Shown here one piece after another: positions 38,662-49,300 of a DNA stretch of 64,000 nt. The translations under genes were made by a program, and so were the position numbers. The notes beneath the pieces were generated by a model. The model had not been told where the DNA came from. It was given only the letters and a program-made list of their open reading frames with translations, and did not search any database. The stretch is from the NCBI GenBank assembly GCA_964236655.1, contig CAXSFX010000002.1:3809-67808 (forward strand). Reading direction: 5' to 3'. This stretch comes from an uncultured Acidobacteriaceae bacterium. Lineage in GTDB: Bacteria > Acidobacteriota > Terriglobia > Terriglobales > Acidobacteriaceae. Positions within the stretch are counted from its first letter, which is position 1; every line of letters starts with the position of its first letter.

Positions 38662-39801
38662 ATGAAGTTGCCCATGGTTGTTCTGATTGTCCTGCTTTGC
38701 AGGTTTCAAGCGCATGCTCAGGCAGCGGGACACACCTCGGAAGAAGAAATCTTTGCGCAAGCTGCTGCTTCACTTCAGGCAGGCGAGTACGACGCTGCAG
38801 AGGTTGGATTCCTCAAGGTTTTGCAAGTGGACCCGCAAAGCGTACCGGCTCTTGGAAATCTTGGTGTTCTGTATTCGAAAACCCACCGTTTCGCAAAGGC
38901 GATCGCTGTAGATGAACGAGCTTTGAAGCTCGATCCACAAAACCGCAGCCTGCTTTTAAATTTGGGCCTGGCTTACCTGAAAGAAGAAGACTATATCCAA
39001 GCCGCTACTTACTTTGGAAAACTGCATGCTGCCTTTCCAGGTGATAGTCAGGGAACTATTCTGCTGGCTACAAGCCTCATCTTTGGCGATAAGCCGCAAG
39101 CAGGACTTGATTTACTTACTACCTCGCCTGTTACAACAGACACATCATCGCTCTACCTGCTTGCGGTCGCGTACGCCCGTACCAATCAGGTGGAGAAAAG
39201 CGGCAGTATTCTCAACCGGCTGTTAAGTAATCCCGCGACACATTCCCAGGCAAATTTCATGCTGGCGAAGGCGTACTCGGATGCTCATCGAGATACCGAT
39301 GCTGTACAAGCCTTCCGCGAGATACTGCAAAAAGAACCGGCATTTCCCGGCGCGCACAGGGAATTAGGCAAGGTATATGTCGCTCTGCAGCGCAATTCTG
39401 AAGCTGAAGGTGAACTGCGGCAAGCACTCCAGCAGGATGCTGAAGACAGTGGTGCCATGTATTACCTTGGCGCACTCCTCGTACAAACCGGCAAGGATGA
39501 CGAAGGGGTGCAATACCTGCTTCACGCACAAACAGCCATGCCGGATTCCTGGGCTATTCCGTATTACCTTGGCAAAACAAGGCTCAAGCAGGGTCGAGCG
39601 CAAGAGGCTGCCGTGTTGCTCCAGGCCTCAACCCAGCTCAATCCCGACGAGCCCGCGGTTTTCTACCTGTTGGCACGAGCGCTGCGTGCGCTTGGCCGCA
39701 AGGATGAGGCAAACGATGCTATGAGCCGCGTTGAGGCACTCCATTCATCTGCTTTAGACGCAGAAAAGCAAGCCATGCGAAAGTCTGTCACTCTACGCTG
39801 A
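38662..39801 (+). CDS. Secreted tetratricopeptide-repeat protein
   Basis: Signal peptide ending AHA; repeated TPR patterns (ALGNLGVLY, LLNLGLAY, AHRELGKVY, YYLG). Confidence 0.9.
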   Translation: MKLPMVVLIVLLCRFQAHAQAAGHTSEEEIFAQAAASLQAGEYDAAEVGFLKVLQVDPQSVPALGNLGVLYSKTHRFAKAIAVDERALKLDPQNRSLLLNLGLAYLKEEDYIQAATYFGKLHAAFPGDSQGTILLATSLIFGDKPQAGLDLLTTSPVTTDTSSLYLLAVAYARTNQVEKSGSILNRLLSNPATHSQANFMLAKAYSDAHRDTDAVQAFREILQKEPAFPGAHRELGKVYVALQRNSEAEGELRQALQQDAEDSGAMYYLGALLVQTGKDDEGVQYLLHAQTAMPDSWAIPYYLGKTRLKQGRAQEAAVLLQASTQLNPDEPAVFYLLARALRALGRKDEANDAMSRVEALHSSALDAEKQAMRKSVTLR

Positions 39802-39812
39802 GCCAAGCTTTA

Positions 39813-40571
39813 TCAGCCGCGTGGCCTCGCCACCAAACAAGCCAAATACCCCGCCCCAAACCCATTATCAATATTCACCACAGAAGTATTCGGCGAGCAG
39901 CTAGTGAGCATGCCCAGCAGCGCCGCAATACCATGCAAGCTCGCCCCATACCCCACGCTGGTCGGCACCGCGATCACCGGCACCGCCACCAGCCCCCCCA
40001 GCACGCTCGGCAGCGCCCCTTCCATTCCCGCACAGGCAATCACCACGTCCGCAGTACGCAGCAACGGCACCTGCGCCAACAGCCGATGAATGCCTGCCAC
40101 TCCGACATCCGTCACCCGCGTCACCCGCGCGCCGTACAGCTCCGCGGTCAGCGCGGCCTCCTCAGCCACCGGCAGGTCGCTGGTCCCGGCGCAAACTACC
40201 GCGATATGCCCCCGCTCCCCCTGCTCCAAAACCGACGTACCGGCCAGCGAAATGCACCGCGCGAGTTCGTGGTACGTCGCGCTCGGTGTCAACGCCAGCG
40301 CAGCCTCGGCATGCTGCGCGTTCGCGCGGGTAGCCAGCACCGGCACCCCGGTCGCCGCCAGCCGCGCAAAAATCGCCGCCACCTGCTCCGGCGTTTTGCT
40401 CTCCGCATAGATCGCCTCCGGCATACCGGAGCGCAGCGAGCGGTGATGGTCAATCTTGGCGAACCCGATATCTTCAAACGGAAGCGCCGTCAGCCGGTCA
40501 GCTAGCTCACCCTCGCTCGTCGCGCCTTCGCGGTAGCTCCGCAGCAGCGCCAGCAATGCGTCTCGATGCAT
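39813..40571 (-). CDS. larB: Nickel-pincer cofactor biosynthesis protein LarB
   Basis: FAKIDHHRSLRSG.PE, AGTSDLPVAEEA, DVGVAGIHRL, AGMEGALPSV, AVPTSVGYG and VVNIDNGFGA. Confidence 0.93.
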   Translation of the reverse strand: MHRDALLALLRSYREGATSEGELADRLTALPFEDIGFAKIDHHRSLRSGMPEAIYAESKTPEQVAAIFARLAATGVPVLATRANAQHAEAALALTPSATYHELARCISLAGTSVLEQGERGHIAVVCAGTSDLPVAEEAALTAELYGARVTRVTDVGVAGIHRLLAQVPLLRTADVVIACAGMEGALPSVLGGLVAVPVIAVPTSVGYGASLHGIAALLGMLTSCSPNTSVVNIDNGFGAGYLACLVARPRG

Positions 40572-40576
40572 ACTTT

Positions 40577-41905
40577 CTATTCTGCATGAACGTCGCCCGG
40601 CAGCAGCTCGGCCATGGCAATCCTGCTAAAGCGCGGCACCATCAACCGCAGCAGCAGCAAGGCCAGCAGGTATGTAGTGGACGCGACCACAAACAGGATC
40701 GAATATGTATGAAACCGCGTAAGCACCCACCCCACGGCGGTCGAGAACAACACCCCGCCCACTGATCCCGCCATGCCGCCGATCCCGGTCACCGCCCCCA
40801 CTGCCTCACGCGGAAACATGTCAGACGCAATCGTGTACAGGTTGGCCGACCAGCCCTGGTGCGCCGCCGCCGCCGTGCCCAGCAGCACCACCGCCAGCCA
40901 CTCATGCGTCACCCCGCCCAGAAAGTAAACCGGCGTCACCAGCAGCGCCATGGCCAGCATCGCCGTAAAGCGCGCCCTACCGACAGGCAAACCGCGCCGC
41001 GCCAGGAATAAAGGAATGCTCCCGCCGCCGATCGAGCCCACCGCCGACATGTTGTACACAATGATGAGCGGCAGCCCCAGGTGCACCAGTCCCAGGTGGA
41101 AGCGCCCATCCAGAAACTTGGGCAGCCAGTACAGGTAAAACCACCAGATCGGGTCCGTCAAAAACTTCGCCAGCGCATACGCCCACGTCTGCCGGTAGCC
41201 CAGCAGGCGCGTCCACGGGATCTTCGCCAGCGCCGCCGTCTCGCCGTCCGCGATGTGCGCTCGCTCGATACCGGACAGCCTGGGGTGTGCGTCCGGTGTG
41301 CGATAGTGCGTCACCCACCACACAATCCATGCCGCTGAAAACAAGCCTGTAACCAGGAACGCCGCCTGCCATCCAAATCGAATCGTCACCAGTGGAATAA
41401 TCGCCGGCGCAAGCATCGCCCCCAGGTTCGCACCGGAGTTGAAAATCCCCGTAGCCAGCGACCGCTCGCGTTGCGGGAACCACTCAGCCGTGGTCTTGAC
41501 CGCTGCCGGAAAATTACCGCTCTCGCCCAACCCTAGAAAAAATCGCGCAATCCCGAATCCCAGTGCCGTTGTCGCCAGCGCATGCCCCATGGCCGCCAGG
41601 CTCCAAACGCCCATGATCAGCGCATAGCCCATCCGCGTGCCCACCCGGTCAATCATGCGCCCCGCCGCCACCAGCCCCACCGCATACGCCACCTGGAACG
41701 CAACGATGATGTAGCTGTATCCCTGCTCGCTCCAGCCGATAGTGTGCTGCAGCATCGGTGCCAGAATTCCAAGCACCTGCCGGTCCATGTAATTGATAGA
41801 GGTAGCAAAAAACAGCATCGCGCAAACCGTCCAGCGCACGCGGCCCGTCTTTGTAGCAGGCGGCGTTACAGATGCGTTCGTACCTTCGCTCACAGCGTCG
41901 CTCAT
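40577..41905 (-). CDS. exuT: MFS hexuronate transporter (ExuT-like)
   Basis: INYMDRQ, GESGNFPAAVK..AEWFP..ER, DPIWWFYLYWLP and HQGWSAN; located downstream of uxaC. Confidence 0.82.
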   Translation of the reverse strand: MSDAVSEGTNASVTPPATKTGRVRWTVCAMLFFATSINYMDRQVLGILAPMLQHTIGWSEQGYSYIIVAFQVAYAVGLVAAGRMIDRVGTRMGYALIMGVWSLAAMGHALATTALGFGIARFFLGLGESGNFPAAVKTTAEWFPQRERSLATGIFNSGANLGAMLAPAIIPLVTIRFGWQAAFLVTGLFSAAWIVWWVTHYRTPDAHPRLSGIERAHIADGETAALAKIPWTRLLGYRQTWAYALAKFLTDPIWWFYLYWLPKFLDGRFHLGLVHLGLPLIIVYNMSAVGSIGGGSIPLFLARRGLPVGRARFTAMLAMALLVTPVYFLGGVTHEWLAVVLLGTAAAAHQGWSANLYTIASDMFPREAVGAVTGIGGMAGSVGGVLFSTAVGWVLTRFHTYSILFVVASTTYLLALLLLRLMVPRFSRIAMAELLPGDVHAE

Positions 41906-41912
41906 AACTCGC

Positions 41913-43322
41913 TCACAACTTGTAAGCCCGCCGCACCAGCCCGTTCGTCAGCTCATACGCCACGTCCGCCGCCTCATCCTCATCAAGCCGATGCTCCGCA
42001 ACCAGCCGCGCCAGGAACGCGCAATCCACGCGCCGCGCCACGTCATGCCGCGCCGGGATCGACAGAAACGCCCGCGTGTCATCATTAAAGCCGACCGTGT
42101 TGTAAAACCCGGCAGTCTCCGTCGCCTGCTCCCGAAACCTCATCATCCCCTCCGGCGAATCATGGAACCACCACGGCGGCCCCAGCCGCAAACACGGGTA
42201 GTGCCCCGCAAGCGGCGCAAGCTCACGGCTGTACGTGGTCTCATCGAGCGTAAACAGGATGACCCGCAACCCAGGCTCATTGCCGAACAGGTCCAGCAGC
42301 GGCTTCAACGCATGCACATACTCAGTCTGCATCGGGATATCCGCCCCCGCATCGCGCCCGAACTTCTCATACACCGACCGGTTATGATTCCGCACCGAGC
42401 CCGGATGAATCTGCATCACCAAGCCATCATCAAGGCTCATGCGAGCCATTTCAGTCAGCATTTGCGCACGAAACAACTCCGCATCCGCCGCGCTAACGGC
42501 TGCACTTGCCTTGTCCCTGCACACCCGCGCAAACAGCGCCTCAGCCTCCCCGCTGCCCAGCGCAGCAGTGCGCGGCGTAGGGTGCCCATGGTCAGTCGCA
42601 GTAGCCCCGCATTGCTTGAAGAATGCCCGCGCCGCCCGCAGCGCCCGCAGGTAGCCGCCCCATGTGGCCGTATCTTCTCCATACAGTGTGCCCAGCGCAG
42701 TTACATTCGCCGCAAAACCCGCAAACTCCGGGTCCACGCAAGCATCGGGCCGGAACGTAGGCAGCACCCGCCCCTTCCAACCAGACTCCCGCAGCACTGT
42801 GTGCGACTCCAATCCATCCAGCGCAGAATCAGTCGTAGCCAGCACCTCGATATTGGCCCGCTCATACAACGCCCGCGGCAAATACTCCGGCGTTTCTAAT
42901 TTCGCCGCAATCGCGTCGTAGTACAAATCCGCATTGGCCGCGCTCAGCCTCTCTTCCATCCCGAACAATGTCTCAAATACAAAATCAAGCCAAAGCCGCG
43001 TAGGCGTCCCGCGAAACAGGTAGTACCGCTCCGCGAACAAGCGCCACACCTCACGCGGATTCTCCAGCTTTCCGCCGTTCCCCAGCCCCATCTGCTCCAT
43101 CGGCAAACCCTGGCTGTACAGCATGCGATACACATAATGGTCCGGCACAATAAACAAACTCGCCGGGTCCGGAAACGCCCGGTTCTCCGCAAACCAGCGA
43201 GCCTGCGTATGCCCATGCGGACTCACAATCGGCAGCTTCTCAACACCACCGTATAGCCGCCGCGCAATCGCGCGCGCATTCGGCTCAGCAGGGAACAAGC
43301 GGTCTGGATGCAGCAATGCCAT
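41913..43322 (-). CDS. uxaC: Glucuronate (uronate) isomerase
   Basis: PIVSPHGH, PDHYVYRML, MQIHPG, WWFHD, GFNDDTRAFLSIPARHDVARR. Confidence 0.95.
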   Translation of the reverse strand: MALLHPDRLFPAEPNARAIARRLYGGVEKLPIVSPHGHTQARWFAENRAFPDPASLFIVPDHYVYRMLYSQGLPMEQMGLGNGGKLENPREVWRLFAERYYLFRGTPTRLWLDFVFETLFGMEERLSAANADLYYDAIAAKLETPEYLPRALYERANIEVLATTDSALDGLESHTVLRESGWKGRVLPTFRPDACVDPEFAGFAANVTALGTLYGEDTATWGGYLRALRAARAFFKQCGATATDHGHPTPRTAALGSGEAEALFARVCRDKASAAVSAADAELFRAQMLTEMARMSLDDGLVMQIHPGSVRNHNRSVYEKFGRDAGADIPMQTEYVHALKPLLDLFGNEPGLRVILFTLDETTYSRELAPLAGHYPCLRLGPPWWFHDSPEGMMRFREQATETAGFYNTVGFNDDTRAFLSIPARHDVARRVDCAFLARLVAEHRLDEDEAADVAYELTNGLVRRAYKL

Positions 43323-43512
43323 GGAGCGCCCTCAGTCAATATCGAAGTCTAGCGATTTAAGCCCCTACCTCGCAAATAACCTCTTACGATATGGATTGTT
43401 CTGGGCTGGAGGTGGAAAGAGTAAAAATCTTACTAAGGTACCGTTGACTGCAAGCTGCTCTACATCCACACTCCTAGTTTAGTAGGGGACTGATTTAGAG
43501 AGGAGCTATGGA

Positions 43513-43920
43513 TTGAGCAATGTAACTGATGTAAAGGGTACTGAGAAGGCTTTTGCAGATTTTGGGTTAATAAAGATTACAAGTGCGCACTTCATGGTTC
43601 CACAGCAAACCTACGTACTTGCTGGAATTACTTCGGTAAAATTTGGAGAAATTTCAAGTGACACGAAGCCTTTCACCTACTTTAGTCTCGGCGTGCTGGT
43701 TTTTCTCGGACTGGGAGTAGTAGGTGCTAAATGGGAATACATCGCTTTTAGCATCATCCTTGCACTGGCTGGATGGGGAATATCCTTAAAACCAAGGCTT
43801 GGCTACTTTGTCATTCTCCGCACATCAAGCGGTGAGGAGCGAGCCTACCGGTCTTATAAACAAACAGAAATCGAAGATATAATCAAATCCCTTAACGAAG
43901 CCGTAATGTGCCAACCATAA
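43513..43920 (+). CDS. Low-GC small membrane protein (DUF6232-like)
   Basis: IKITSAHF...TYVLAGITSV, two TMs, LRTSSGE...I..LNEA; GAGGAG RBS. Confidence 0.65.
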   Translation: MSNVTDVKGTEKAFADFGLIKITSAHFMVPQQTYVLAGITSVKFGEISSDTKPFTYFSLGVLVFLGLGVVGAKWEYIAFSIILALAGWGISLKPRLGYFVILRTSSGEERAYRSYKQTEIEDIIKSLNEAVMCQP

Positions 43921-44016
43921 TAGTAAAACTTATAACCGTTGCTAAGCGCAGAAATAGTATTAAATGTAGCTTATATAAGTTAAAGCAAGCTAGGTGTTAT
44001 AAATTTTGCAAACTGC

Positions 44017-44787
44017 TCACTGATTCACCCCACTCGCTAAAAACCCCCCATCCACCGCAATCGTCTGTCCAGCTACAAACGACGCCCCCTCCGAAGCCAG
44101 AAACACAGCCGCCCCCACCACCTCTTCCGTCCGCCCAAACCGCCCCATCGGCGTGCGCATCAGCAGCTCCTGCCCGCGCGGTGTGCTGTCCAACAGCTCC
44201 GCGTTTAGCGCCGTACGAAACACCCCCGGCGCAATTGCATTCACCAGCACCCCGTGCCGCGACCACTCCACCGCCAGCGAGCGCGTCAGCGCCGCCACCC
44301 CTGCCTTGCTCGCAGCATAGGCCGCAACCTCGTTCAAAGACACAAACGTATTCAGCGAAGCAATGTTAATAATCCGCCCATACCCGCGCTCCAGCATAGG
44401 CTTGCCGAACACCTGGCAGCCCCGCAGCGTCCCCGTCAGGTTCGTATCCAGGATGTCCTGCCATTGCTCTTCAGGCAGCGTAAGCGTAGGCGCGCGCTTG
44501 ATCTTGCCCGCGCAGTTCACCAGGATGTCAACCTTGCCGAATGCCTCCAGCACCCGCGCACAAAGCGCTTCCAGTGAACCCCGGTTCCCCACATCCGACG
44601 AAACCCGCAGCGTACGACGCCCCAGCGCTTCAATCTTCGCTGCCGTTTCCTCCACCTGCTCCACCCGCCGCGCCGAAGCCACCACATCCGCCCCCGCCTC
44701 AGCCAGCCCCAGCGAAAGCGCAAGCCCTATCCCCGACGTCCCACCGATAACCACCGCCGTACGACCTTCAAGCGACATGTTTGCCAT
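44017..44787 (-). CDS. SDR oxidoreductase (fructuronate reductase/KduD-like)
   Basis: GGTSGIG, YAASK, NAIAPG, TPMGRFG and C-terminal VDGGFLASGV; sits between uxaE and uxaC. Confidence 0.85.
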   Translation of the reverse strand: MANMSLEGRTAVVIGGTSGIGLALSLGLAEAGADVVASARRVEQVEETAAKIEALGRRTLRVSSDVGNRGSLEALCARVLEAFGKVDILVNCAGKIKRAPTLTLPEEQWQDILDTNLTGTLRGCQVFGKPMLERGYGRIINIASLNTFVSLNEVAAYAASKAGVAALTRSLAVEWSRHGVLVNAIAPGVFRTALNAELLDSTPRGQELLMRTPMGRFGRTEEVVGAAVFLASEGASFVAGQTIAVDGGFLASGVNQ

Positions 44788-44837
44788 ACTCAGAATGTAC
44801 CTTCTTGCTGTAGCAGCAGCCGGCGATGCAGAGTCAG

Positions 44838-46085
44838 CTACCCCAGGAACAGCGGCGCAACATGCCTGTCAAACAAGTTCCCCGTCACATTCTTCGCAAT
44901 CACCGCTTCATGCGCGTCAAGCAGCTCAAGGTAACGCGCCCCCATCCCCGCCGCCACCTTAAAACCCACATGCAGCAACTGCCGCAAGCTGGGGTTGTAC
45001 TGCGAGCAGCTCCGGTCGTGCCGCAGTGCACCGGTAAACTCCTCTGAACTCCACCCCGCCACCACTTCCGGCAACGGCAGCGCTCCCGAATCAATATCCA
45101 CCACGGCAAGATACGGCGCACAAAGCTCCTCACGCCGCGCATACGCCTCGCTGTAAATCTCCTTTGCGGCAGCCAACCCATCGCCGCCCGCCTCCGCCAG
45201 CCCGATCAGCTCCTCAAGCCAGGTTGTCCCCGCCGTCTTGATATGTACGCCCGCACCCGTCCGCTGCATGGCCTCGCGCATGGGCGCATACAACCGAAAT
45301 TTGTCAGACCCGGAGTGCACGCTCAGCTTCAAATTCGCAGGCAGTCCATAGCGTTCTACCGCATACGCAATCACGGCAATGTCATCGGCAAACTCCCGCG
45401 CAAACTGTTCCACATCGCCCACATAGTCCACGCCCTTGTTAAAGCGCCCCGTAAACTTCGGCGCAATCGTCTGTATCGGGATCGCATAATCGGCAATCGC
45501 AGCCAAAATCACCAGCAACTCACCTGGCGTCTGCGGACTGTCCGTTTCATCCATCGAAATTTCCGTAACAAACGTCCCCGCACCCTTGGCCGCTTCGATC
45601 TTCTTGTAAATTCTCGCGGCCTCTTCCACCGCTGCAAGAAACTTCGCCGCCGTCGCGTCAAAAAACTCCCGCGTGATCGTCAACCCAATGCCCGACAGTG
45701 CAAGCGTCCCGATCAGCTCAGGATGCCGCCCGGCAAACGCCTCCAGCGATGCAGAGGAAGCCGTCTTGCCGATCCCCTCCGCGACATCGAGCGTAAAAAA
45801 ATCACAAGGCTCCAGAAACCGCTCCACAATAGCAACGCCGATATGGTCCGCATCGCAAAAATAAGCGCCCGTCCACCCCAGCGTGCTCACAGCCTCATCT
45901 GCGGCGCGTCGCGTTTCCGATGGTTCCGAGTGGATCAGCGTGTGCTCGCGGTTGCTCTTGTTCCACACCGGCACCACCATGACACCGGCCTCCCCTGCGA
46001 GCATGCACGCCTTGAGCTGCGCCTTCGCCTGGTGAGCAAAGCGGTCGCCCACGCCGATTGAGTACCTGGGAAGCTGCATGGTCAT
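44838..46085 (-). CDS. uxaE: Tagaturonate/fructuronate epimerase
   Basis: SIGVGDRF, DADHI, EISMDET, FNKGVDYVGD, KLSVHSGSDKF and HIKTAGTTWLE; GGAGG RBS. Confidence 0.88.
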   Translation of the reverse strand: MTMQLPRYSIGVGDRFAHQAKAQLKACMLAGEAGVMVVPVWNKSNREHTLIHSEPSETRRAADEAVSTLGWTGAYFCDADHIGVAIVERFLEPCDFFTLDVAEGIGKTASSASLEAFAGRHPELIGTLALSGIGLTITREFFDATAAKFLAAVEEAARIYKKIEAAKGAGTFVTEISMDETDSPQTPGELLVILAAIADYAIPIQTIAPKFTGRFNKGVDYVGDVEQFAREFADDIAVIAYAVERYGLPANLKLSVHSGSDKFRLYAPMREAMQRTGAGVHIKTAGTTWLEELIGLAEAGGDGLAAAKEIYSEAYARREELCAPYLAVVDIDSGALPLPEVVAGWSSEEFTGALRHDRSCSQYNPSLRQLLHVGFKVAAGMGARYLELLDAHEAVIAKNVTGNLFDRHVAPLFLG

Positions 46086-46352
46086 AGCACCACCTCCATC
46101 TATGGACATGGCTATTAGGATGGCCGGAACTGCCGTCACGTTTTCACCCCATTCAATGCCTCATCCCCCGCTGTCCCCATGCAATTTCAAGCTGCTCCTA
46201 TAAAAATTACTGATCTCCGCAATTACGGCTGTACAAAAGCACCTTTTATCCCAAAAACCGTACCGATAAGCGTCCTTTATACGCACTATCAATTGCACAC
46301 TATTCTGCATTTTTTGCTTGATCCTGGTCCTTTCGTAACCATAGGTTTGTGC

Positions 46353-49300
46353 ATGGAATCTCGACACCCTGCATCACCTGCCCGGCTTCCACTTGCCGCC
46401 AAGCTCCTTGCCCGAACCCTCCTGCTCACTCGCCTACCCGCCTGCGTTCCCCTCGGTGTGTCAAGTATCGCCGCGCTGCTATTACTGGCAAGCTGCACCC
46501 CGGCCCTGTTGGCGCAGACCTTTCGGGGCAGCATTTCCGGCATAGTTACAGACAAGTCGGATGCCGCGGTTCCCAATGCGCAAGTGGTTGCGCTTGAAAC
46601 CGCGACAGGTATGGAGCACCGAACGGTAAGCTCCGGCAGCGGCGAATACAGTTTTGCGGATCTGCCCCTGGGCGCCTACACAGTCACAGCGACCGCGCAG
46701 GGCTTTAGCACGATCAAGGTAGACAACGTCCCTGTATCGGCGGGCGTCATTTACTCGCTGCCTGTCAAGCTGAATGTGGCACAGGCGGCGGAGACGGTCG
46801 AGGTCTCTGCCGGGGGGCTGTCGCTCGACACAACCTCGACCACCCAAACCACCGTGCTGCCCACCGCAACCGTGCAAAACACCCCGATGAACGGCCGCGA
46901 CTTCACCCAGTTGCTGGCTGTCTCGCCCGGGTTCGCAGGCTACTCCGCCGGGGGCTCCGGCTCGGTCAATGGCACGCGCGGCAACCAGGTCAACTGGCAG
47001 ATCGACGGCTCTGACAACAACGATCTCTGGCACAACATCCCCGCGGTAAACCAGGGCGGCATCGCCAACATCGCAGGCGTCACCCTGCCGCTCGACTCCA
47101 TCGACCAGTTTTCTGAGCAAACCCAGTCCAGTGCCGAGGCAGGCCGCAATCCGGGCGGCACCGTCAACGTGGTCACCAAGTCCGGTACCAACCAGATTCA
47201 CGGTTCTGTGTACTACTTCAACCGCAACGAATTCTTCGCTGCCAACTCACCTTTCGCCACGCCGGACGCTTCCGGCAACATTGTCAAAAACAAGCTCCGC
47301 AATGAGCAATATGGTGCTTCCGTCGGCGGCCCGGTACTCAAGGACCGCCTCTTCTACTTCGCCAATTACGAGAAGCAGCAGTTCATCATTGAGAGCCCGG
47401 CATCAACTACAGAGCCTTCAGGCGCGTACCAGGCGCAGGCGCTCGCCGTGCTCAACCAGTACGGAATTGCACCTAACCCGGTGCAGCAAAATGTCCTGAA
47501 CACCCTGTTCCCCTCCTTCGCAACCACCGGCCCGGCAACAGCCAATAACTATACAAACGCCTCGCCCATCACCGGCTACAGCTACAACGGCGTGGTCAAG
47601 GCCGACTGGACCATCAACAGTAAAAACACACTCTCAGGCCGCGGCTACGGCGGCCAGGGCAGCCAGATCGCCCCGGTCGGCACGCAGATCCCGTACTACT
47701 TTGAAGAAGGCCCGATCCACGTCTACAACTACTCGACCACCTTCAACTCCACACTCAGCGAGCGCATGACCAACCAGCTCACCGCCGGTGTCAACTACTT
47801 TAACCAGCTGTTTTACGATCAGAACCACAGCTTCAACATCCCCGCGCTCGGCCTCAACACCGGCGTATCCGGACAACTGAGCGGCGCGCCCGGCCTTACC
47901 ATCCAGGGTTTCGATAACCTGGCCCATGCCACACCGCCTTCAGGCCGCAACGACATCACCGGCCTCATCACAGACACGCTCTCCCTGGTGGTCGGCAGGC
48001 ACGACCTGCGCATCGGCGGCGAGTACCGTAACGGCCAGGTCGATGAGTTCTACCAGCGCAAGCAGCGTGGCTCCTTTGACTACGAAGGTACCCAGGGTCC
48101 ATGGGCTAACCCGGAAAATGTTGCAGGCAACACCACGCATGCCCTCACCGCCTGCGAGCAAGCCACAAAAAGCAGCTCTGCCGGTCGCACTCCGATCTTT
48201 ACCGATGGCCCGACCTTGGCACTGGCAGACTATCTGGCGGGTTGCACCTATAAGGACAGCATTGTCCGCGGCGACACCAAGCGGCAAGTCTTTGTAAATA
48301 CCTACTCACTTTTCGCGCAGGATGCCTGGCAACTCACCCAGCACTTCAACCTGAACTACGGTCTGCGCTACGACTACCTCGGCCCGCTCCACGACGGCGC
48401 GCAGGATCTTTCCGTTTTCCGGCCTGACATCCCCAACCTGCCCGTACCCGGTATCGCCTTCCAGGGCAACCAGATTTCCAGCCTCTACAACGCGGCGCAC
48501 AACAACGTAAGCCCGCGCATCGGCTTTTCGCTCCAACCTGCTTCCATGGCTAATACGGTGGTACGCGGCGGCTTCGGCGTCTTCTTCGACGAGCCGAACC
48601 TGAACCCTTTCCTCGACAACCGCCCACCCAACGGCGGCGCGTCCGGTGCGGAAAGCAACCCTGCCGGACCGAACCCCGCCGCAACGCTCCAGAACAACTT
48701 CCAGATCATCCCCGCAAACGGTGCGCCGCTCTTCGCATCATCGGCTACTTTCACCCCATATGACGCAAACGGTAATCTAACGCAGAGTTACAACCTGTTT
48801 AGCGTCAACCCCAACTTCCGCAGCTCGTATAACTGGAATTACAACCTCAACGTAGAAACTAAGGTTGGCCCCAACCTTCTGGCAACTGTCGGTTATGTCG
48901 GTTCGCAAGGCAGAAAGTTACTGCTGATCCGCGATCAGAATCAGGCAGCCATCGGCAGTTCCTCACTACCGGCGCCTGTCGTCAATAGTGCCAACGGCGG
49001 TGGCCAGGTAACCCTCCCGCAAGTCTTCGCGCAAAACGCAACCCGCCCCTACGGCGCACAATTTCCTTACTACGGTGTTATCAACGAAGTCGATAGCGCC
49101 GGTACTTCCAACTACAATTCATTACAAGCAACCATACGCACCACAAACCTGCATGGCCTCACATCGCAATTTGGTTACACCTGGTCGCACAATCTTGACC
49201 TCATAAGTCAATACCGCAACCAGAACCCCGAGAACAGCAACAATCTTCACGCTGATTACGGTAACTCCGACTATGACGTTCGCAATACTTTTGTCTCCTA

